Notes: generated by a model not told the origin, from the sequence alone. Counted from the first letter of the whole stretch, positions 23,626-35,290 are shown. The stretch is DNA of 63,274 bases, filler included, from 12 parts of 12 records of this genome joined end to end with filler, not necessarily neighbours in it; one strand, 5' to 3'. A program made the numbers and translations.

Positions 23626-24841
23626 ATGTCAGGATCGGACGGCCTGCCCCCGGGAGAGGCCTCGGCAGCTTACGACCACAAGCTCTTCAACGCGGCTGCC
23701 CACCACGGGACGAGCGTGCCGGAAACCCCGCCGCACGTGCTGTCCCCCGAGACGATCGAGAAGCTCAAGAAGGTCAACTCGACAGCGGTCATCGATGTGC
23801 TCGCGAGGAATGGTTACGAGCCGCACACGTGCTACATGAAGAACGTGAAGACCATGCAAGAAAACGTCGGCGCGCGCTTGGTCGCACGGGCAGTTACTGT
23901 TCGCTTCGTTCCGGCGAGGGCCGACGCCATGGCTGAGAAGCCCAGCGGCGAGGATTCCCCTGAGTACGCGGCATTCGAGCGGGCTGGTCCAGGGGACGTC
24001 ATCGTCATGGAAGCGATGCGCAACAAGGTCCGAGTGTCCCGCACTTGCTTTGTTAATGTGGCAGCCTGAGTCCTCCCACTCTCCCCTCAATGGACCAAAC
24101 CTGATACGTTCCTTTGCTGCGTCATAGCTGATGTCGATCGGAGGCGACATCAAGTTTCTGCGGCTCAAACAGCGCGGCGTGGAGGGACTTGTCTGCGACG
24201 GTGGTATCCGAGACATGCACGTTGTCAAGGACTATGGGCCCCTCTTTTTCGGCTACGACAAGACCTCTAACCTCGGCACACGCGTCGGCACTCCCTACGC
24301 TACCAACGATGTACGCTCGAAGAGCCCAACTCCGCTGCTGTTGCCGGGTGGCTCTGCAGGCCGCAGCGTTCAACTTTCTTTCGCACTGCTTTCTTCTGTG
24401 AATGTTGGTCGAAGAGGGGTTGCAGTGCAGTTCACAGAGCACTGTTTTTGCAAATGCAGGTGATCGCCGTAGACAACGTCCTCGTCCGACCTGGCGACTA
24501 CATTCTTGCTGACGATGACGGCGTCGTTGTGATCCCGATGGGAGTGGCTCCCATGATCGCCGAGCTTGCGATTGAGTGCGTGCCTTGTACTATCCTGGTG
24601 TACTTTGTGTTCTTGAGCGCGTGGCATGGGATACACGCCGCCTGTTGCATGAACGCAAGCCTTGTGGAGCCAGCCCAATGCTCACACTTGAGATGATAGG
24701 TACGACGAACTTGAGGAGTGGATCCGCGATCGGCTGGATAAGGAAAATTTGACCCCTGGAAAGTACTACCCGCCGGATGAGGAAGTGAAAGCTTTGTTTC
24801 TCAAGGAGAAGGCCGAGAAAGAGGCGAAGCCGAAACTGTAG
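23626..24841 (+). CDS. RraA / HMG-CHA aldolase family protein, 4 exons
   Basis: ARAVTVRFVP, GPGDVIVME, IGGDIKFLRLKQRGVEGLVCDGGIRD, VRPGDYILADDDGVVVIP, GKYYPP. Introns at about 24028-24127, 24311-24459 and 24576-24699. Ends EAKPKL*. Confidence 0.88.
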
Positions 24842-24994
24842 GCACCTGTGATGGTGCATCAACTGGACAACCACTCGCTCGGACTTGGCCATGGGCGCTA
24901 CGGGTTCACAGACAATAGATTGATCGCTCACTAGCGCCTCCTTCGCTCCTCATGAATCTAAAAACTGGTAAGCAAAATTACAGACCAAGGAATA

Positions 24995-26433
24995 TCACAC
25001 TCCGTTCAAGAAGGGGAGCAATGCCTCAAGCATCCGCTCTCTTTGGTCTCGCCGCACGTTGTGCCCGGCGCCACGAACGTGCACGATGCCGCTCTGTGGA
25101 TGAGTCAGATGTTGCGCAATAGCCAGGTTGCGCTCCCGCGCTTCACCTTGGTCGTCTGCCTTCAAGATAAGCGTTGGTGCTGTAATATCGTCACACAATT
25201 CTGATGCTGCCGGCTGTCTGGGACCTGAGCGTTTGCGTTGCCTGGACAAGTGTGGAAAGGCCGACAACAACCTGTTATCATATCGAGTCGGAAAGCTTAG
25301 TTGCGCCTGCAAGTCGCATGGAGTAGGAGCAGGATAGAACGGAAGCTATGGTTGTGACTTCACCCAGGGCGCACAGGAGCGCACCATGCAGGATTGTTGG
25401 GATGATGCTGCTGCTTCGCAATGAACTGGTACCCTCCTTGCGCCCAGCGTTCGAGCATCTGGTCTATGCCGCCTGGTGGATGTTCAGCTCCCCACGTCCC
25501 TTCTATCCCTGCGCGTTGGTTCGCCATCAACTCACCGAAAGCTGCCCATGCAGCCAGACGAACAGAATTATCGAGCGAAGTCAAGGACCACACGATGAGT
25601 ACACACGAAGTAGCAACTGCGGCCGCAATGACAAATAGATCAGCCGTTTCTGCCACTCACTCATGTTGTTCTTGGTCAGAATCTCGTTGATGTGAGTTTG
25701 TAGCTCTTGCTCAGCTTCCGCCACCTGGTCCTGAGTCGGCTTTGGTGCTGGCTCCGTTGCCGAAGGCTCTGGCCTGTCCAGGACCAGAACAACGTTTGAC
25801 ACGCACAACTGACATTCGCAGCAAAGTAGCTCGAAGCAAAGGCCATGGACTCACGCACCTTGCCAGGCTCAGGCCCGGGTCTTCCAACACTACTGCGCGA
25901 GGCACGTCGGGAAACAGCGCAGCAAACCACATTGCCGCAGCAGCACCCATTGAATGACCCATCACAATTGGTTTCACCAACCCAAGTTCCTGTATCACAG
26001 CCGCGATGTCTTTCGCTTGTGCATCCGCAGGAGTTGTGGCATCCGGAGGGTCGGAGAGGCCATGGCCACGCGCATCGAGTGCGATCAGCTCGAACTCGTC
26101 CGTCAGGCCGTGCATCGCGTACCACCAGCTCAGGCCGCAGTCGGCGTAGCCGTGGGCGAGCACGATGACGGGTTTCGCTGTGCCGTCTGAGCGCTCACCG
26201 CCTGGGGTTCGCCAATAGTGCACACGAATGCCGTTCGCCATCACGTAGCGAGACGACCAACCGGTGGGCGGAGCGGGTGAGATGTTGTCTTCCCATGTAG
26301 CAAACGCCCAGAGCGGAGCTGCTTCCGTCGGCAGTTGTGAATGCTGCGCAGCGCAGGTAGCAGCACGCGCCGGCGCAAGGGCGAGGGTGACAGAATTTAG
26401 CCTGCTGCGGATCGACGACGGCAGTGCTGCCAT
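24995..26433 (-). CDS. Alpha/beta hydrolase, multi-exon
   Basis: VMANGIRVHYWRT, VLAHGYAD (oxyanion HG), DARGHGLSD, nucleophile GHSMG, catalytic His in GAGHNVRRDQ; ATG at 26433; internal exon boundaries not resolved. Confidence 0.88.
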
Positions 26434-26780
26434 CCCTGCTGTCGGTGGATGGTCCACGCTCTCGGCACGCACGGCGTGATGCACGACGCGCGACGGACGA
26501 CGGAGGTGTGCCGGCGCGTGGTGCGCGTGCCTGCAGCGACACGATCGATAGTATGTCCGCATGTACCCCGACCTCAGAATCGCATTGTGGTCGCCCCTCA
26601 TGATCCGCAACACGTACGGCAACGCACGGCAACAGAGGTCAGCAGCTGCTGTGCTATTCGGCGTTCGAATTCGTACCCGTACGTACCGTCGACCTGCCTA
26701 GCGGTGCCTCGCGCAGCCACGCAGCACCGTCTTCTAGCTGTTGAGTGTTGGCTGTTGGCTCGCACGGGAGGAGCCGATAG

Positions 26781-29325
26781 ATGCTGTGGCGCCGTGCCTT
26801 GAAGAGACGATGCACGCCGGGCTACAGTGCGCAGCTGCGGCGGGTTGCGAATGGGACTGTTTTGAAAGTGCCTGCAGGCGAAGGCGACACGAGGACCAGG
26901 GAGAGCGGAGAGCGGCTGCCGCTGAGGCTGCTGCTGGTCGACGCGAATCCTCTGGTGTGGCGTGCTGTTGCGGATCATCCCGGCCAGACGCTGCGAAGAT
27001 TTGCTGACATATTCCAGACGTGCGTGGCTACGAGTATTGTCCTCGGTCTTGTCTATCAGCGTTGTGGCGTGGGTGCGTACTGACACAGTTCAATCGGGAT
27101 CAGATACGTGGACCTGCTGCAACCAGACCGCGTCGCGGTGGTATTTGACGGGAAGTCCTCCTGGGAATCACGTCGCCAGTTGATCAACAAGGCGCGCCTC
27201 CTAGCCACACCGCGCGCTAAACTGCTGTCGGCAGCCGCCACGGCCTTGCAGTCCGAGGCAGAAGCGCTGTCACACGCAGCGGCGGCAGTGGCAGTGAGAG
27301 ACTACTTTCGGTGTCGGGTGGAGCTCCAGTCAGCGCGACAGGCAGCTAGCGAGGTAAAGCGTGTTGTAGACGAACTGGCTGGTATCCCCACAGAGCAAGC
27401 TGCGTTTGTCGAGGAGATCTTCGGGAAGCTAGAGACATCAATCAGCAACAGAGATGGTGGGAGGTGCATGACTGCCGCTGAGTATTCGGCTGTAGAGCTG
27501 GAACTTGCGCGCGGCGAACTTAGCGAGTCTCGTTTGTGCAGTCTGCAAGAACAAGAGGCGCTGTCTCGCCGATGGAGCCAGACAGCGCGCGGCGACGCTG
27601 ATTCTGTAAAGCGGCTGGAGGACTTTCCACCGTACAAGGGCAGCCGCCCGTCAACTCCTGAACTGGTGACATCTGTGCTGCAAGAGGCACCGTCTCTCAT
27701 TCGATCCCTGGGCTGGCCGACCTTTCAAGTGGATGGCATCGAAGCGGACGATGTGATCGGTCAGATACTCACCCTGTGCTGCAATCCATCCAGCGCCGAT
27801 AGTCTCGGAGCACACGTGGACACTTCGTCGCCACCCATAGCACCTATGACTGCAGTTTCTTGTAGGCCCAGTGTCATACCTTCCATCCTTTCAAAGGACA
27901 AGGATTTCACGCAGCTACTTGCGGAGTGTTCGGGCCTAGAGTTGCACCGCCCGCGCCACTACAAAGATGCAGACGGCCAGGGCGATGCATATCACAGGAT
28001 CGAAACTGTCCGTGCAGAGGATGTTCCAGAAAAGTAAGGTGTACCGCCAGTTTGTCTGCTGCAGTACTCCTATAGCTGATGACTACGGCTACACCTGGAT
28101 CACTGTGGTTTTCATGCCTTCGCTGTGTTGTCCTGTGCGCCATGCATGTCATGTGTGGTGAGCAGGTATGGCGGGATCAACTCGGCATCTTTCGTCGATT
28201 ACCTCGCTATGATGGGCGATGCCGCCGATGGCATCCCAGTGCGTGACTCAACAGAGCCTTTCGACACCACACTCAATCCGTGACGGACGGAACCAGCTCA
28301 GCACAGTCATGCAGCCTGTTGACTCAAAGTAATACATATGCATGCGCATGCTGAGTGCATAGGGTGTGCCGGGTATCGGGACGAAGAAGGCCTCTGCACT
28401 CTTGCAACTCGCAGACCCCCAGACTCTAGAGGGTGTGCTGGAACTGGTACAACATGCTAGCGCACGTCAACAGCTGACGAGCAAGGGTAATGTTTTGAAG
28501 CCGAGAGGTTTGACAGCAAAGAATATTGAGAGCTTGCGACAAAATGCATGCGTGGCACGTCTCTGCCGGCAGTTGGCCACGATTGAAACCATTCCAAACA
28601 GCGCAGTACTTGGCCAGTATCTCATGACGGACGGTTTGGATGCACTACAGAGGCGTCCAGTAGATGACGTCAAATTCGAGCAGTTTGTTGCTGACTTCCC
28701 GGCTCTACGTAGCCTGAAGAATCGGCTGACACATGTAGCAGCTTACCCTAGTGCAGATGGTCGCAGTAGTGCTGGTGCTGAAAGCAGTGAAGAAAGACGG
28801 GCTGGCGACGGCGGTTGTGAAGGGGCACATGATTGTGAAGGGACTGACGGTGCAGGCTGGTCCGAGCGGTACCAAGTCGAAATCGTGGGGGCTCATTTTG
28901 CTTCTGCAGGAAAGACAGCGTTAAGTGAAGGTGTGTCGACAACGGCCCAAGGTAGCACCCCATCGCTGAGTGGGGTGGAGATAGCAAGAGAGCCAAACAA
29001 TGCACACGATCCACTAGCGTTGGCGGTGTATCTGCTTCAGGAAACAAATGGCGAGAACGGGCGGTCAGACATAGGACAAGAGCAGCGGCGGCTCGGGTAT
29101 GTGGCCAGATGGCTCGCTCAGATCCTCTCACCCTTGATCGACGATGGTAAGATCACGATCGAAGGCAGCATCGCATCGACATTTCAAGACTGGTCCGCAG
29201 CACTGTCGCGGCGGCGCCTACCCCTTGAGGTTCGGGTGGTCGGTAAAGCGGTGGAGTCGCAGCAGGAGCTGGCTACGAAGATTGGATTGCTACGGGGGGC
29301 AGGTGGACCTGCATCTGGTTCATAA
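26781..29325 (+). CDS. PolA-type 5'-3' exonuclease/flap endonuclease fused to a C-terminal HIRAN domain; exons 26781-27019, 27104-28033, 28166-28238, 28363-29325
   Basis: LLLVDAN, VAVVFDGK, PYKGSRPSTPEL, GIEADDVIG, ILSKDKDFTQLL, DYLAMMGDAADGIPGVPGIGTKKA (H3TH); HIRAN VEIVG...REPNNAHDPLALAV...LGYVARWLAQILSPLID. Three GT-AG introns keep frame. Confidence 0.88.
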
Positions 29326-29373
29326 GTTTGACCGAACGCAATCATAGCTGAATGAGAATTATCATTCTGACGT

Positions 29374-30405
29374 TCAAGGGTCCATATAGCTACCGTCCAG
29401 ATAAAGCTGCGCGCGAGGCCGTTTTCCCCACGCATCTAGCAGCGCGGCTTTAGCCGTTTTGGTACGGTGGCAGCCTGCGATCCTCAGGATACCTGGACAA
29501 GACAGTGCACACTTCTCCAGCGCCGCACAGAAACTGAGTACACCGCCGTCACCCATTCCAGCGCTGTTGTTTACGTTCAGGTGTCGTATGCTTGATAGCC
29601 GTGGTAGAACCCTAGCAAATGCCTCCCATGCCGCCTGTTTCACGGCGTCGTTATTAGAGAGGTTCATCTCCCGCAACTGTGTCAGCCTTGGCAGTGCGGC
29701 TGCCAAAGCAAGCAATCCAGCGTCTCCGCACCCGGTGTTGCTCAGTCCAAGGTGCATCAACATCGGCGGCAGAAATTGACTCAGGGTGATCATCCCGGTA
29801 TCACCGAGGTCCAGGTTGTTGTACAGGTGCAGTCGCGTCAATCCTTCGCCTGCAAAGCCTCGGCGCATTGCTGCGGCAACAGACGAAAATCCCCTCGCGG
29901 TCATTTCGCACCCGTCTAAATAGATGTCTGTCAGTGCCAGCGATGATGGCATTGCATGCAGCGCTGCTCCAAGCACCTGACATCCCGCCTCGCCGATTAA
30001 GCTGTTGCTCAGCTCGAGCTCACCCGGACATATGGCTGGCTGGTCCACGATGGGGTCCTCTTCCCGGCCTTCCCGTACATACAGCATTGCATCGACGATC
30101 TCCCGCAACACTCGCGCCCTCTCATCCTCGATGGCCACCGTTCCATCCTGATAGTATCCGGCCGGGACCAGAGCGCGCCGATGGGAAAGCAACCCCACAC
30201 CATACGCCACGCCGTCACGCACGGCGTGCCAGAAGTCGCGGCACACTCTGGCGCAAGCCGAGGTGAACAGCAGCAGGTCCTCATGGCAGGTGGCATCGGA
30301 AAGAATGCGCTGCAGCAAACGGCTTGGCAGGCACAGCAGCGGGTGCGTCGCGTTGACGCTGAGCGGACGGGCGCCCTGCGAGAGTCCCTGCGCCTCCGCC
30401 ATCAT
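29374..30405 (-). CDS. F-box-like plus RNI-type leucine-rich repeat protein
   Basis: LLCLPSRLLQRIL...CARVCRDFW (F-box-like); LRRs LELSNSLIGEAGC, LTRLHLYNNLDLGDTG, LGLSNTGCGDAG, LREMNLSNN. Confidence 0.8.
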   Translation of the reverse strand: MMAEAQGLSQGARPLSVNATHPLLCLPSRLLQRILSDATCHEDLLLFTSACARVCRDFWHAVRDGVAYGVGLLSHRRALVPAGYYQDGTVAIEDERARVLREIVDAMLYVREGREEDPIVDQPAICPGELELSNSLIGEAGCQVLGAALHAMPSSLALTDIYLDGCEMTARGFSSVAAAMRRGFAGEGLTRLHLYNNLDLGDTGMITLSQFLPPMLMHLGLSNTGCGDAGLLALAAALPRLTQLREMNLSNNDAVKQAAWEAFARVLPRLSSIRHLNVNNSAGMGDGGVLSFCAALEKCALSCPGILRIAGCHRTKTAKAALLDAWGKRPRAQLYLDGSYMDP

Positions 30406-30568
30406 CGCACCAGCGCGCTACATGCACTGCAGTAACCGCAAGGCCTCAGCAGGGGGCATGCCCTGCGCCCATCAGGTCCAGCGCGAGCGTTCGATTACGT
30501 ATACAGCTCAACAGCTGTACAGCTGTACTGTATAGCTAGGGCCACCACAATGTGATTCCTGGGTCGGC

Positions 30569-30668
30569 NNNNNNNNNNNNNNNNNNNNNNNNNNNNNNNN
30601 NNNNNNNNNNNNTTAATTAATTAANNNNNNNNNNNNNNNNNNNNNNNNNNNNNNNNNNNNNNNNNNNN
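30569..30668. other. Artificial contig spacer
   Basis: N44-TTAATTAATTAA-N44, followed by (CGA)n. Confidence 0.99.
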
Positions 30669-32870
30669 CGACGACGACGACGACGACGACGACGACAGCA
30701 GCGCAGATGCTGCGCCTCGGCTGCCTAAGAGCTTGCCACCCAAGAGCTTCTTGGCGCGGTTTGCTGCTCCAAGGCCCAAGCTCCAGGACTCCAGCCACGT
30801 CCCCGCCAGTCACGTTGACGAAACAGGACAGCATGTGGGTATGACTGATGGCCACCACCCACACCGGGCGCAAAAAACTCTGCGCGAGCGCCGGCACACC
30901 GATCATGTTGCTGCGCTGCTGGAGGTTGCCGAAGGCGCAGCACCTCCGAAGCTCGCCATCCTGATACGCAAGATGCGACCAGCAGCAATTAGGTTTCTCG
31001 ATCTTATTGATTCGCTCTCCGTGGCGGTCGAGCGCACAGGCTTCTGGCTATATGTTGCGCAGGCGCGAGAAATTTGGGAACAGCTGCCGACCACAGGCGC
31101 ACACGCGCTGTACGGCCTCGCGCTCTGCTTTTTCGGCGGCATTTTTGCCAACACGCTCGCTGCGTGCGTGTTAGCCACTGGCAGCTTCCTCAATGACTGT
31201 CACCCCACCGCTTCTGGATGGCTCGCGGACTCCTCTGGTCAAGGCTGCCCGCTCAAGCTGTTGGGTGACTCTCACGACTTGTCTGCCACTGACAGGTACG
31301 AAGCATTCCAGCAGACGGGGTGGGAGAAGACCAAGACCTGCATCCACGACCTGCGCAAAGCAGCAGATGACCTATGCACGGCGAACTTTGAAGACGACCT
31401 TGTCGATGACGATGGCGATGGCGTTGCGTGCGTTCATTGGAAAGCCCCTGTGCATGCCCACAGAAGATGCTGGATGCAGATGACGCGCAGTCCGTTCTCC
31501 GGCTGAGTGTTTGTGTTCCTGTCCGGTCCTTGCGCATGCTGTGTAGGGACGTGCTGCAGATAGACTCCAGGATATTGCTCAGCCGCAAGATTGCGCTTGT
31601 GATGCGCACTGTCGACCCGGTAGTTCTGCAACAGGCGGGAGTCGGCATTTACCACGGTCTCCTCGGTAAGCGCGTGTAACGATCTTCGAAAGTTTACGCG
31701 TACGTAGGGTAGTCACGCGTTGTGGAGCCGACAGCAAATTGCCTCCACTGCTGATGCCAGTAGCGTGTGAATATGGTCCGCACCATATATCTGTATATGG
31801 ATCACCTTCCTTCTGGTTGGATACCTGCAGGGGTGCTGGCATCGATGAGGTTCAAATTCGCGCGGGCGATTTCGCTCGGCCTCTCTGTTGGCGACATGGC
31901 CAAGCGCCCGGCTGCGGTTGTACTTGCGCCGACTCTCGCGCAACTACTTTCCCCAGCGTGAGTTTTCTGTCGACAACGAACCAGTGTGATGCCCATTGCC
32001 CTGCCAGCTGCACTCTAGCCGAGCCGTGGGGCCAATCTGGCATGACCAATTTTGATGTGCACGTGCAACCGCAGAGACTGCAAAAAATGGTCCCCGATAA
32101 TCATCAATTACACCTGCAAAATCATTTCCGTTACTATTGCAATGTTCATGCAATCGCGGATCTCTGCCATCCAATCGGTAAGCTGCGGTAGAATTCGTGG
32201 ACACACAATCTAGGGCAGCTTTCGCTGACAAAAGCGACTTTGTCTGCGCACCGCGTCAGGCTGCAATGGGCGGACGCATCTTCGCGATGGCGCTGCTTCA
32301 GCTCGGAAGGTATGTATTGTGTAGTGTGGGCGCGCGCGCGCGCGAGCGTGTTTTTTGTGGGCTGTGAGAGAAACCTGGCATCTCGTTTCGCTGGGATATG
32401 GTGTTGGAAAACCTTATGAAGAAACGTTTTGCGCCCCAGAGAGCGTGGCGTGATCACGATCTTGCCTGAGGATACCTATCTCGACGAGGTGATTGGCTGG
32501 TCAGTCGCCGTCCTCGGGATATGGACACAGCTTGCTTCTGGTGCGTAAAGCTCTAACATTCATTTCTTGCTCACTATACTCGGGCAATTGAACCGTACAC
32601 GACCAAGTGATACAGCTAGTTGATTATCCAAGTGTTGAATGTAACGAATGATGTCTCACTGCGTGACGCTCGGTGGTCTGTGCTCGCTGGTGGAACACTG
32701 ACGGTACCGCAGGGATGCGGCTTCGATTTCCGCTAAACATCATATTCTTGCCACTGACGATCGTCGAGGGCTTACTGCGCTGGGCGGTGAGCAGAGTCGA
32801 TAAATTATACAATCGATCAAGAGACTCCGTCTGCAGTCGTTCGTCTGTGCCTGACTATTGTTGGTGGTAA
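30669..32870 (+). CDS. Multi-pass membrane protein of unknown function, multi-exon, 5' truncated
   Basis: Spliced frame: LYGLALCFFGGIFANTLAA|YEAFQQTGW...DDDGDGVA|DVLQID...|GVLASMRFKFARAISLGL...|LRFPLNIIFLPLTIVEGLLRWAV. GTGCGT donors at 31164, 31428 and 32541. Confidence 0.7.
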
Positions 32871-33021
32871 ATATTGGTGCGGTTGCTTACGTAGGTGGTC
32901 GCTGCTCCTCGTGTCACCGCCGCACGATGACGTAGTGGTGTTGATGTTTGAAGAGCGCCGGATTTGGCAAAGATGGAGGGGACGACCAACAGATCGCGGC
33001 GGCCTGCTGCCATCTCCTTGA

Positions 33022-34905
33022 TCATCTCCATGTCTTGGTAGCATGATGGCTCGTCCGTGTGGAACACCAGTAATCAGGACCTGGCTCTTGGACTCTCTCA
33101 CAAACATACCGCTCTGCCGCCGCATCATCATGCAACCGACTAGCAGCAACCATGATCTCGCTGCGCGCAGTGGCCTCAGTCTCGGTCTCAGAGTCAGATG
33201 GTTCTGTCGTTGCACCACCCACCCGCTCGGTAGAGCTATCACTTGCTTTGTACTGGCATGACCTAAAATCCAACTCAGCAAGAGCCGCAATGACCAGTTC
33301 GACCAAATCCAGTGACAGCGGCGGGCGTGAGAACCAGTGCCCTACCTTCGCCCACGCAAGCCGCCGCAACGATTGCAGCAGCGGTCTGATCGCCGTCGCC
33401 AGCAGACACAATCCAACAACACAGGCGTCGCCATCACATTGCAGGTGCAGGAGATCCGTCTCTAAACTTCGATAGCCAACCACAAGCTCGTACATTGCAT
33501 CTGTCGCCTCTACCAACGTCTGTCGGTGCAGCTTGCTCGCCTCGCGTTCTTCCTGCTCGTCTACAAAACCATTCAGGCTGCGGGTATTTTGGCCAGGATG
33601 GCCACATTGGCGGGCAGTGTTAGACGACGGCCCAACAGAACTTAGCGCCAACGCAAGTGAGCGAAGTGCACCAGCGTCAATTAATGTTGAACGGATAGCA
33701 TCAACAGGCACTCCGATCGTCCAATGTGCATCGACGTTCGGGCCTGACGCAGCAGCTGCTGCAACTCTGGCCCTCTCTGCGTGGGACCAGATGCCACTGC
33801 CAGTGATGCGACCTGCCTTAGCCGCCGCAAGCCGCCCAGCATCCTCCTGCTTATGCAGCCTTGCAAAAGCTGTCGCAACTCCAAGCAGCGAGCCACTACT
33901 ATCGGTGGCGATGGTAGGAGGCCGCTGGCTGTTGCACGTGTTGGCTGCCATCATGCAAGCCGATGAAAGTGAGAGCAGGTTCCGCAAACCTAGTGCAACT
34001 TTGTCAGGCATGAAGTAGTAGCCGTTGTGCACCTCACCACGCAGTGCTGCAGGAAGCGCCTCAACACACTGTCGCAGCACAGTTTCTGGGATATGCACGG
34101 CCGATCGAGGTGGCGCTAACACCACCCCTCGTGAGTACTCAGCAGCGTGCGAGTACAGGTTCGCCACCGCAAAAGTGGCGCTGACTGGAAAGTGTGCTCC
34201 CGAGCGTGGGGACTGCGCAATGCGAAGCAACTGCGCACCAGCACCGGCGTCGATCAGCGCAGGCCGTACTGAGCGGTTGTCCGACAGACAGTGCAGCAAC
34301 GACACGCTCCAGGCAATGAGCTTGTCGTGCAATTCTTCCTTCCTGATGGCTCCGTCGATTTTACATACAAGCAGTGACTCAAGTACCGAGACTGCCATCT
34401 GCACTGCACCACACTCAACCAGGCGAACGTGCGAGCACGGATTGAATGCAGCCACATTGCTGAGCACTCCGACAGAGATCTGACGAACGAGCTCTTTGTC
34501 ATTCTCGATCAATGCGAGCCCGGACTCATCGGTGGCTCCGGACTTTGGTCGGCTGTTCGTTGGCGCGAGCACGTTGGCGACGGCCGCCTCGATGGCGCTG
34601 GACTCGCCCACTAGCGCAGCGTTGTCGCTGTGCTTGAAGCACAGGATCAGCAGCGCGTTGCCCGCGAGCTTGCGCTGGTGCAGCGACCCACTGGCGAGCA
34701 ACGGCGCCAGCAGTGGTACGACGGCGCCCTGCGTCGCCACCGTGGACTGCGCCAGCCGGTCGACCTCAGTCGCGCCAGCTGCACAGCTGTAGATCAGCAG
34801 ACCCAGTGCCTCGATGCGCTCCTGCTCGTGTGTCGCCGCTCGGAGCGATTCGACCGCCACGAATGCAGCGAGGGCGTCGCCGCTGCCCACCTCAGACCGA
34901 GCCAT
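33022..34905 (-). CDS. Armadillo-repeat protein
   Basis: 627-aa ORF with ARM-like units (QGAVVPLLAPLLASGSLHQRKLAGNALLIL; VGVLSNVA...LVECGAVQMAVSVL; LIDAGA). Confidence 0.72.
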   Translation of the reverse strand: MARSEVGSGDALAAFVAVESLRAATHEQERIEALGLLIYSCAAGATEVDRLAQSTVATQGAVVPLLAPLLASGSLHQRKLAGNALLILCFKHSDNAALVGESSAIEAAVANVLAPTNSRPKSGATDESGLALIENDKELVRQISVGVLSNVAAFNPCSHVRLVECGAVQMAVSVLESLLVCKIDGAIRKEELHDKLIAWSVSLLHCLSDNRSVRPALIDAGAGAQLLRIAQSPRSGAHFPVSATFAVANLYSHAAEYSRGVVLAPPRSAVHIPETVLRQCVEALPAALRGEVHNGYYFMPDKVALGLRNLLSLSSACMMAANTCNSQRPPTIATDSSGSLLGVATAFARLHKQEDAGRLAAAKAGRITGSGIWSHAERARVAAAAASGPNVDAHWTIGVPVDAIRSTLIDAGALRSLALALSSVGPSSNTARQCGHPGQNTRSLNGFVDEQEEREASKLHRQTLVEATDAMYELVVGYRSLETDLLHLQCDGDACVVGLCLLATAIRPLLQSLRRLAWAKVGHWFSRPPLSLDLVELVIAALAELDFRSCQYKASDSSTERVGGATTEPSDSETETEATARSEIMVAASRLHDDAAAERYVCERVQEPGPDYWCSTRTSHHATKTWR

Positions 34906-35290
34906 TCTGAACGGTGCGCTTGCAGCAACCTTAAGCTCGCGAGCGCGTGCGGGCCATAAACGAATATCGTGCTACGCGTATATCCGCCGCCGCCGCCGCG
35001 CCGCGGCGCCCGCGCGCGACGGATACGATACGTCGATACTACTACTACGCGCCCTACTACTATTCGAATACCTAAGGTAGTAGTATAGTATCCGGCTAGT
35101 ATATATCCGCGGCCGCGCGAGCGTTGGGCCGAATCCCGGACTGTAAAGGATCGGATACTGTACAGCCGTAGCCGCCGCGCGTACGATCGAGCTACGGCGC
35201 GTACGTACGTATCGTAGTCGCGAACGAAGCGCGCCGCGGGGCGACGGAAGCCCGCCACAGCCCGCCACCCGCTGGGGCGCTCGGTCCGAT

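Noticed and set aside
26380-26406. PTS2 signal in the hydrolase N-terminus (RLNSVTLAL)
   Set aside because: Lacks the conserved His/Gln at position 8
22280-29325. Two HIRAN genes as a DNA-repair gene cluster
   Set aside because: A spacer at 23319-23418 separates them, so they are on different contigs and linkage is unknown
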